Source of the DNA: a virus
Reading direction: 5' to 3' (one strand)
DNA: 5,062 nucleotides
IMG/VR virus record: IMGVR_UViG_3300045988_002830
Span: 1 to 5,062 of that record
The translations under genes and the position numbers were made by a program. Below, piece by piece: positions 1 through 4,963 of this stretch (positions within the stretch are counted from its first letter, which is position 1; the number at the start of each line of letters is the position of its first letter). Under the pieces are notes generated by a model that saw only the letters and a list, made by a program, of their open reading frames with translations, was not told where the DNA came from and made no database searches.

Positions 1-99
1 ACGCACATCGGGGTGTCACCGGAACCAGTTACATCAAGTAAGTAACTGGTTCCGGACCTTCCCCGTGCGAACATCGCTGATATACATAGAAAAAAAAAC
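1..99. repeat. Terminal redundancy copy 1 (identical to 4964..5062); circularisation artefact of a circular genome
   Basis: Direct by-eye comparison: acgcacatcggggtgtcacc...tacatagaaaaaaaaac is present at both ends, including the identical A9 run followed by c. Confidence 0.95.
2..69. other. Long imperfect palindrome / cruciform-capable stem-loop in the intergenic region; candidate origin-of-replication or packaging signal (present twice in the window because of the terminal redundancy, second copy 4965..5032)
   Basis: Perfect 14-bp inverted repeat ccggaaccagttac (19..32) / gtaactggttccgg (42..55) around a 9-nt loop atcaagtaa. It is extended by outer pairing cgggg (9..13) / ccccg (61..65) and cgcac (2..6) / gtgcg (65..69). 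It is not adjacent to a U-run in the right orientation on either strand, so it is not a simple terminator. Confidence 0.7.
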
Positions 100-124
100 C
101 ATTTTACCGACGTGGGTAAAATGG
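90..124 (-). terminator. Rho-independent terminator for the minus-strand (gene-sense) transcripts downstream of VP3
   Basis: Perfect 10-bp stem ccattttacc (99..108) / ggtaaaatgg (115..124) with 6-nt loop gacgtg. On the minus strand the stem is followed immediately by T9 (complement of a90..a98). It lies 44 nt after the VP3 stop. On the plus strand the same stem is preceded by A9 and followed only by TTTG. Confidence 0.6.
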
Positions 125-167
125 TTTGAGAGGGATGGAAACCATCACATGTATTTGTGATTAGTAC

Positions 168-614
168 TTACCCGTTGTTGCTGGGAGAAGACGGCTTCTC
201 ATCAACGACAGGAGCAGCTTCAGGCGCTTTAGGCTCTGGAGCTTTAGTCTCTTCAGACGCAATAAAGCCAAGTTCTTCAAGTTTACTTCTCTGCTCAGGA
301 TCATTAAGCGCATTGAGAAATTCTGCAGGAGAATTACTAAATGACGCACGAATGTGCGACGGCAAACTTTCAAAATACTCTGTAGCACGAGCAACAGAAT
401 TCTGAGCAGTCTGAAAATCTGTGACGTTAGAAAAGTCGCCAAATTGAATCGGACGCTTCGGGGAAAAAGGATCAGTCAAAAAACCGGTCTCTGCATACTT
501 TTGCAAGATGTTGTCGATCATCGTCTCATCTTTAAAATGCTGTTGCGTCATCGACGGTTCAGTAAAGACGATACCTTCGGCAGTGGCGTTTGTGTGATTA
601 ATTTTGAACTTCAT
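168..614 (-). CDS. VP3: Internal scaffolding protein VP3 (148 aa from ATG 614; ORF track begins at GTG 641, in-frame TTG also at 629)
   Basis: Last gene before the non-coding region, as in gokushoviruses. ATG 614..612 preceded by tatGGAGcttatATG (SD GGAG, 5-nt spacer). Motifs EPSMTQQHF, FGDFSNVTDFQTAQN and LPSHIRASFSNSPAEFL match the conserved VP3 blocks I recall. Pro/Glu/Lys-rich C-terminal tail. Stop TAA 168..170. Confidence 0.75.
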   Translation of the reverse strand: MKFKINHTNATAEGIVFTEPSMTQQHFKDETMIDNILQKYAETGFLTDPFSPKRPIQFGDFSNVTDFQTAQNSVARATEYFESLPSHIRASFSNSPAEFLNALNDPEQRSKLEELGFIASEETKAPEPKAPEAAPVVDEKPSSPSNNG

Positions 615-676
615 ATAAGCTCCATACAAAAAAGTCCTCACACTACGCGAGGACTGATTAGAAGAATCTAAGTGTT

Positions 677-722
677 GCGGCCGCGTCTGAAATTAGACTT
701 CGGACTGAGCAGGCGCGGCCGC
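677..722. repeat. GC-rich inverted repeat (two NotI-containing arms gcggccgcgtctga / gcaggcgcggccgc, 12/14 complementary) flanking a 19-nt loop; spans the VP5 stop codon and the VP5-VP3 junction
   Basis: Arms 677..690 and 709..722 seen directly. Local GC is far above the A-rich genome background. No T-run follows on the gene-sense strand, so it is not a canonical terminator. Confidence 0.5.
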
Positions 723-983
723 TTTTACGTCATCGATCGTAGATACGAAAGCGGTTGCAGAAGCAATCTGGGTCGGGACGGAGGCTACAAGCTCTCCAGT
801 TTCATCAGAATACTGACCAATTTCATACAAGAAAAAATCATCGGGATGCTGACCTACAGTCGTACGGCTGTCACGAACGAGATCAGAAAAAGACCGAGAA
901 GCATCAGCTGCGCTGCGGCTGAAAAACGGCGTATTAAAAACCTGAAGTTTCGAATCGAAAACGGAAAAAACCTTAAGGATCAT
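693..983 (-). CDS. VP5: VP5-like small non-structural protein (96 aa), candidate ssDNA synthesis/packaging factor (phiX174 C analogue)
   Basis: ATG 983..981 overlaps the VP4 stop 982..980 in an ATGA arrangement (translational coupling). Position directly after Rep and size match gokushovirus VP5. The N-terminal KVFSVFDSKLQVFNTPFF...PDDFFLYEIGQYSDETGE resembles the conserved VP5 N-terminus as I recall it. Acidic, Ala/Ser-rich C-terminus. Stop TAA at 693..695. Confidence 0.55.
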   Translation of the reverse strand: MILKVFSVFDSKLQVFNTPFFSRSAADASRSFSDLVRDSRTTVGQHPDDFFLYEIGQYSDETGELVASVPTQIASATAFVSTIDDVKAAAPAQSEV

Positions 984-1897
984 GACTGATTCTCTTCCAT
1001 AACGCGTCTCAATTTAGCAGCTTTCAGCTCTTGGACGCGTTCACGAACTGAAAGACGTTGAGGCGAAGTCTCGCCAGTATCTTCAAAATCGCGACCTCGC
1101 TTTTCGCGAAGACGCTTAATCTCTTCAAAGCGAACGACATCAGAACGCTCAAGCAACCTATCGAAATAAGCCGGAGGCGACATCATTATCTTCTCGCTAA
1201 GAATAAGACGATCATTAGTATAAATATCAGTCATGTACTTTTCACAAAAGTCATGACCAATTCCGGGCTTTAGCGAACAATGACAAAACTCAGCAACTTT
1301 GCCATCGTAATGTTCAAGCTTCAAAGGGCCTGTAATCTTCTTTGTCACATAACGAGCAACGTAAGCTGCAGTCTCAAAATTTACTGCGCCAATTGAACTA
1401 AAACCAAACGGCCAAAGTTTCTCAAGCGTACGACTACGATATAAGTTATTGCCTCGACGAATCGACCAGAGCTGTTTATCAACAAAGGTCACACCAAAAA
1501 TAATTGCATGATAGTGAGGACGGCCAAGCTTATCGCCATATTCGCCACACATAAAAAAGCGAAGCTGTTGACCAAAACGGCTCATGAAGTATTTACGCAT
1601 GCGCTTCACGAACAGCTGAAAATGCTCGTAATGAAGTGAGCCATCGGCAGGCAAATGAGCATCATCATAAGTCAGCGTAAGAAACATGTTGTTCTTATGT
1701 GACCTAGCTTCGACTACACATCGAGCAGCCCATTCGCGAGATTTCGCAAGACGGCAACCGATGCACTGACCGCAAGGAATTTTGAATTCGCTAAAAGGAA
1801 TCGCTTTTGACGGATCGAAAGTAACTGCGTTACTACGTCCGTCCTTTGTTTTCTGACCAGCAAGTCGATAAGCAGTTATCGGATGAAAGCACCGCAT
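980..1897 (-). CDS. VP4: Replication initiation protein VP4 (HUH rolling-circle endonuclease, phiX174 A-like), 305 aa
   Basis: N-terminus MRCFHPITAYR and CGQCIGCRLAKSREWA zinc-finger-like box are typical of the gokushovirus Rep N-terminal domain. RCR motif I FLTLTYDD, motif II (HUH) RPHYHAIIFG and motif III AAYVARYVTKK (catalytic Tyr plus Lys) are present. ATG at 1897..1895 has no obvious SD. Stop TGA at 982..980. Confidence 0.93.
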   Translation of the reverse strand: MRCFHPITAYRLAGQKTKDGRSNAVTFDPSKAIPFSEFKIPCGQCIGCRLAKSREWAARCVVEARSHKNNMFLTLTYDDAHLPADGSLHYEHFQLFVKRMRKYFMSRFGQQLRFFMCGEYGDKLGRPHYHAIIFGVTFVDKQLWSIRRGNNLYRSRTLEKLWPFGFSSIGAVNFETAAYVARYVTKKITGPLKLEHYDGKVAEFCHCSLKPGIGHDFCEKYMTDIYTNDRLILSEKIMMSPPAYFDRLLERSDVVRFEEIKRLREKRGRDFEDTGETSPQRLSVRERVQELKAAKLRRVMEENQS

Positions 1898-2115
1898 GAG
1901 GCACGCACTTCAGCAGAAAGTTCACGAAGAATCGTCGCGCGAGTAGAGCGCGGACGACAAGCAAAAGAAATTAAAGTGCGCTCTCTACCATCTGACTGCT
2001 TCTGACGAAGCGACCACAAAACATGCTTCAAGCGACCGTAGTAAACAGTATCTCCAGGCACGACCCAACACTCGCCAAAATCTTGGAGAAAGATCATAAA
2101 TCGCTTAGTAGCCAT
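1876..2115 (-). CDS. Hypothetical protein, 79 aa (MATKRFMIFLQDFGECWVVPGDTVYYGRLKHVLWSLRQKQ...), unknown function; 3' end overlaps VP4 start by 22 nt
   Basis: ATG at 2115..2113 has a near-ideal SD (minus strand GGAGGttgcgATG, 5-nt spacer). The ORF track starts 4 codons earlier at a TTG (2127). It is co-oriented with and sits in the variable slot between the small basic protein and Rep. I recognise no family. Confidence 0.4.
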   Translation of the reverse strand: MATKRFMIFLQDFGECWVVPGDTVYYGRLKHVLWSLRQKQSDGRERTLISFACRPRSTRATILRELSAEVRASCGAFIR

Positions 2116-2205
2116 CGCAACCTCCAAATGTCAAAAATGTTAAATTTGCTCAACTTGGTGAATATGTTAACAATGACTACTATGTCGAGAAACAAGGATT
2201 AACCC

Positions 2206-2328
2206 TTAAATGCGAAAACCACCGCGCATCGGAGTAGCACGAGTATTCAAAGTCTTCGTGCGTGATGCGCCTTTACGGAAAATACGCTTAGATGCTTTAC
2301 GAGAAAGCTTGTGACGACGACGAGACAT
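2206..2328 (-). CDS. Small arginine/lysine-rich putative DNA-binding protein (40 aa, MSRRRHKLSRKASKRIFRKGASRTKTLNTRATPMRGGFRI), J/ORF8-like
   Basis: Internal ATG at 2328..2326 has a strong SD (minus strand GTGAGGTttatATG, 5-nt spacer). 14 of 40 residues are R/K and none acidic, like the phiX174 J and gokushovirus ORF8 small basic proteins. The ORF-track version 2206..2430 starts at a TTG without SD and adds a hydrophobic N-terminus, so it is judged less likely. Stop TAA at 2206..2208. Confidence 0.55.
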   Translation of the reverse strand: MSRRRHKLSRKASKRIFRKGASRTKTLNTRATPMRGGFRI

Positions 2329-2430
2329 ATAAACCTCACTTTTTAAAAAACTTCTTAATGGCCTTGAAGGCCTCCCAAACAGCTGAGCCAGAGCGCAGCA
2401 GAACATCAACAAACTTAAGAATAGTATCAA

Positions 2431-3051
2431 TCATTTCGCAAGATGCGCAGCACCAACAGCGGAATTCGTCACCGGCGCTGTGGAATTAAATGGATTTATC
2501 AAATTCATCCACTGGCCAAAAGACCAAGCACCTTTGTGGTCCTTCATGTAATCAAAAACCATTTTTTGCTTCTCAGAAGCAATAGCAGAATTCTGAGTCA
2601 TGAATTTCGCTTGCTTTAAATTCTCTTCTTGAATCTTATTAGCAATCTCTTGACCTTTAGTCTGCGACCACATTAGATTTGAAGAAGAATCAGCAGCTAC
2701 AGACTGCGCACGCTTCAAACCTGCATCAGCTTGCAGAGCAGAATTCTGAACATAAGTTTGATCTTTCAAAGCATCTTTCAAACTCTTCTCAGAACGTTGC
2801 GTATCAGTGCGCGCACCAGCCTCCATAGCGCCGGCAATATCAGGAGGAACGATCACAGGAGCGTTACCAGAAGCGCCTTGACCACCGGCAGAAAGAATCG
2901 GATTGAGACCTGCTTTTCTCAAATCTTCAACTTCCCACTGATGACGATTTTTTATCACTTCTTTCTGATGCTTCCAACCAAAATATGCAGACATAGCAGA
3001 ACTGGACAAATTAGCAGCACCACCTATCGCTTCAGCCCAAGGAAATCCCAT
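2431..3051 (-). CDS. VP2: Minor capsid / DNA pilot protein VP2 (206 aa)
   Basis: ATG at 3051..3049 preceded by AGGAcggtgatATG (SD AGGA, 7-nt spacer). Position immediately downstream of VP1 is as in gokushoviruses. Contains the VP2-typical DLRKAGLNPIL(S/A)GG motif plus a Gly/Ala-rich segment and Gln/Ala-rich low complexity. Size is in the VP2 range. Confidence 0.8.
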   Translation of the reverse strand: MGFPWAEAIGGAANLSSSAMSAYFGWKHQKEVIKNRHQWEVEDLRKAGLNPILSAGGQGASGNAPVIVPPDIAGAMEAGARTDTQRSEKSLKDALKDQTYVQNSALQADAGLKRAQSVAADSSSNLMWSQTKGQEIANKIQEENLKQAKFMTQNSAIASEKQKMVFDYMKDHKGAWSFGQWMNLINPFNSTAPVTNSAVGAAHLAK

Positions 3052-3052
3052 A

Positions 3053-3115
3053 TCACCGTCCTAAAGCAAAAATAACAACAGTACCAACAGCGGCAAGCCA
3101 AATAAATAAAGCCAT
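3053..3115 (-). CDS. Candidate 20-aa hydrophobic mini-ORF (MALFIWLAAVGTVVIFALGR) between VP1 and VP2; possible translational-coupling leader for VP2 or tiny membrane peptide
   Basis: The minus-strand sequence reads TAAGGAGTTGTTATG. This is a canonical Shine-Dalgarno (TAAGGAG) immediately after the VP1 stop, 5-nt spacer, then ATG at 3115..3113. It has 20 sense codons and stop TGA at 3055..3053, one nt before the VP2 ATG (TGAtATG). The peptide is entirely apolar and about one TM-helix long. Caveat: the coding strand is T-rich, which biases any frame toward F/L/I/V. Confidence 0.3.
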   Translation of the reverse strand: MALFIWLAAVGTVVIFALGR

Positions 3116-3124
3116 AACAACTCC

Positions 3125-4789
3125 TTAGAAGTGATCAACCAAGCCAGGTACCGAATACACAGGCATCGGACGAGCACACTTCAAACGAATGTAAGAATCA
3201 AAAAGGAACTGCGGTTCATTCTGAACGGCGATTACGCGGCTGACGGGGGGATCGTCTCGAATAAACTGAGCACTCAACGTAGGCAAAGAGTTGAACTTCT
3301 GCGCTAAATGCCAGCTGTCCAATGGCTGCGGATCTGTCGAGCGGAATTTACCTGTGATTTGGCCAGGGTAATAACGATACTCTGCATAGCGTTCCTGATA
3401 GCCAAAAACCTTATCGTCATCAGCAGTACCCTGCGCGTAGATCTCTTTATTGAGAACAGCTTGCTCGCCAAGGTGAGCGAGGACAGGCCAATAAAAATCA
3501 AAGCGACCTTGACGCGACCACATACGATTTAAACCTTGCTGATAAGTAAGATCAGCACGGACGTTCACAAAGCCAAAGACGTAGCCATGTTCGACAAAAG
3601 ACTTCGAGAAACCATGAAAGCTATCAGCGACAACACCATACGCCGCCAAATTACCTTGCGGGGTAGTGTCATTAGTAGACGAAGTTTGCTGGACAGGATT
3701 AATCGAAATGCGAGCTGATGAGCCACCAAGATACTCAGGACGTTGCAAACGAGCATCAGGCGAGATTACACCGAAGTGAGAACGAAGAATTTCTGTGTAA
3801 CGCGTACCACCGCGTGCGTCGCGCTCATAGAGCTTCTGAATCTGAAAAGCTTGACGCAAGTCGTTAATAGAAATTGGAGTTGCTTTCGAAAGATCAGCTG
3901 TAAAACCATCAGAAGTAATACCATACTTACCCGCGAAACTAGAGATCTGGCTCGGATGAGAATCCGTGGCGGTAAAAGCTCCTTGAAAAGGTATAGGGTC
4001 AGAGCCAGCCCAAGCGGCATCCTTCCTGCCAATTGAAAAAGGAACGGTTTCTTTAAAAAGAACTTTATCAGACCAGTTACTCACGCTACCAATGCCACCG
4101 TCAACGTGATAAGAGCCTACCTGTCTATAAAAAGAAACATCACCAGAAACGGGAATTGAACCACCGAGAGAAATTTCAACACCAGGGCCTTTCTGTGGCC
4201 ACGGTAGGCATGATGTGAAATAGTCGTGACGCTTACCACGATGGGCCAACTTATAGTCAGCCAGATTGTCTGGACCATCACCAGTCGGAACTTTCAAAGA
4301 TTCTTGAAGGTTCTCATCTCTAAACCACTCATTGAAAATGAGATTATAAGCGCGGAAAGGAAGTGCGTTTACTTTCAAAGCTTTATCGACATTCGTCGGA
4401 AGACCGAAATAATCCCAAAGCGTTTGATTAGGAACTTTCGTGCCAGAAACAGTAGGAATCAAAAAGTCTGTTGAATCATTTGGATTCTTCTGCTCACCAT
4501 TAAACTTCTGCCAATTATCCCAAACCAGCCGATTGGGAACAAAAAAGAAGAAAGTCTCCAAATACAGGTTGTCCATAAAGGGCACAATCGGAGTAGCCAA
4601 TCGAGCAAACAAAGTAGCTGTCAGCTTAAAGCTATCTCCGGGAAGCACTTCATCAACGTAAAAAGGTACAAGAAAACCAGAATCAAAAGTAGTCTTGTAT
4701 CCATGTGATCTGTCAAAAACAGATCGAGGAATTTGAGTAGAAGGAATCTGAGAGAACAGATGCTGAGTAGAACGATTAACAGAAGACAT
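3125..4789 (-). CDS. VP1: Major capsid protein VP1 (Microviridae F-like jelly-roll capsid), about 554 aa from ATG 4789; ORF track extends to an in-frame TTG at 4831 (568 aa)
   Basis: Long ORF, the only size consistent with a capsid protein. The N-terminal region MSSVNRSTQHLFSQIPSTQIPRSVFDRSHGYKTTFDSGFLVPFYVDEVLPGDSF matches the conserved gokushovirus VP1 N-terminus (SQ.PS..I.RS.FDRSH..KTTFD.G.L.P...DEVLPGD.F) as I recall it. The conserved block normally begins about 20 aa after the Met, which favours ATG 4789 over the TTG at 4831. Stop TAA at 3125..3127. Confidence 0.92.
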   Translation of the reverse strand: MSSVNRSTQHLFSQIPSTQIPRSVFDRSHGYKTTFDSGFLVPFYVDEVLPGDSFKLTATLFARLATPIVPFMDNLYLETFFFFVPNRLVWDNWQKFNGEQKNPNDSTDFLIPTVSGTKVPNQTLWDYFGLPTNVDKALKVNALPFRAYNLIFNEWFRDENLQESLKVPTGDGPDNLADYKLAHRGKRHDYFTSCLPWPQKGPGVEISLGGSIPVSGDVSFYRQVGSYHVDGGIGSVSNWSDKVLFKETVPFSIGRKDAAWAGSDPIPFQGAFTATDSHPSQISSFAGKYGITSDGFTADLSKATPISINDLRQAFQIQKLYERDARGGTRYTEILRSHFGVISPDARLQRPEYLGGSSARISINPVQQTSSTNDTTPQGNLAAYGVVADSFHGFSKSFVEHGYVFGFVNVRADLTYQQGLNRMWSRQGRFDFYWPVLAHLGEQAVLNKEIYAQGTADDDKVFGYQERYAEYRYYPGQITGKFRSTDPQPLDSWHLAQKFNSLPTLSAQFIRDDPPVSRVIAVQNEPQFLFDSYIRLKCARPMPVYSVPGLVDHF

Positions 4790-4907
4790 GTACTTATCCA
4801 ACAGCAATAAATAAAAAAGCGACCAGTTCAAAAAGTCCTCTCATTGAACCGGTCGCCTCGCGGTCCTAAAGCAAAGGCTCCAAAAGCTTTAACACCGTAT
4901 AACAAAG

Positions 4908-4935
4908 CATATACCACAAAACAACCAGAAAGCAA
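4908..4935 (-). promoter_or_regulatory. Candidate sigma70-like promoter upstream of VP1 (minus strand -35 TTGCTT, 16-nt spacer, extended -10 TGgTATATG)
   Basis: Minus-strand reading GATGTTTGCTTTCTGGTTGTTTTGTGGTATATGCTTTG. The -35 hexamer (4935..4930) is 4/6 and the -10 hexamer (4913..4908) is 4/6, with a TGn extension. Located in the only intergenic region, 75-120 nt upstream of the VP1 start candidates. Pattern match only. Confidence 0.25.
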
Positions 4936-4963
4936 ACATCCGAGCTGTGCGTTGGGTACCCGC

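Larger units (their letters stand above)
1..4963 (-). mobile_element. Complete circular Microviridae (Gokushovirinae-like) ssDNA phage genome unit, 4963 nt; genes all on minus strand of window
   Basis: Full complement of gokushovirus genes (VP1, VP2, VP4 Rep, VP5-like, VP3, small basic protein) in the canonical cyclic order VP1-VP2-VP4-VP5-VP3. Bases 1..99 repeat exactly at 4964..5062, indicating a circular molecule. There is a single non-coding region. The size is typical for gokushoviruses (4.4-6 kb). Confidence 0.9.

Noticed and set aside
19-55. 14-bp hairpin as a rho-independent terminator
   Set aside because: On the plus strand it is followed, 35 nt later, by an A-run, not a U-run. On the minus strand the T9 run precedes it rather than follows it. 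The true terminator is the separate stem at 99..124.
71-95. dif-like XerCD site (some enterobacterial and Bacteroidetes gokushoviruses integrate at dif). Complement of gatatacat contains ATGTATAT, resembling the dif central region.
   Set aside because: Only an 8-nt match. The flanking 11-bp XerC/XerD arms (GGTGCGCATAA / TTATGTTAAAT-like) are not present.
157-989. Plus-strand ORFs 157..405, 354..671 and 672..989 (82-105 aa)
   Set aside because: They lie antisense to VP3 and VP5, whose minus-strand frames have recognisable family motifs, SDs and ATGA coupling. Long antisense frames are expected opposite an A-poor coding strand. No RBS or family features are present.
1876-2127. Possibility that the 83-aa ORF and VP4 are one Rep gene split by a frameshift
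   Set aside because: VP4 from ATG 1897 already begins with the conserved Rep N-terminus (MRCFHPITAYR...CGQCIGC). The upstream ORF has its own strong SD and no Rep-like sequence.
2129-2134. Perfect -35 hexamer TTGACA (minus strand) upstream of ORF79
   Set aside because: It sits only 14 nt before the ORF79 ATG and overlaps its SD. No acceptable -10 hexamer lies at 16-19 nt spacing, so it is probably fortuitous.
2206-2430. Full 74-aa version of the basic-protein ORF starting at TTG 2430
   Set aside because: TTG start with no SD. The internal ATG at 2328 has a strong SD and yields the canonical ~40-aa Arg-rich product. The longer form is kept only as a possibility in the findings.
1058-4661. 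Other plus-strand track ORFs (1058..1273, 2292..2489, 2731..3075, 3308..3532, 3536..3718, 3743..4036, 4226..4474, 4440..4661) and the minus-strand frames nested in VP1 (3304..3501, 3565..3756, 3766..4032) or in Rep (161..442)
   Set aside because: All are embedded in or opposite well-supported genes (VP1, VP2, VP4). None has a start signal or recognisable content. Microviridae transcribe one strand only.
4831-4831. Taking the ORF-track VP1 start (TTG 4831) at face value
   Set aside because: Not fully rejected (see finding). The conserved VP1 N-terminal block aligns best with a Met at 4789. The 14-aa extension is hydrophobic and unlike known VP1 N-termini.
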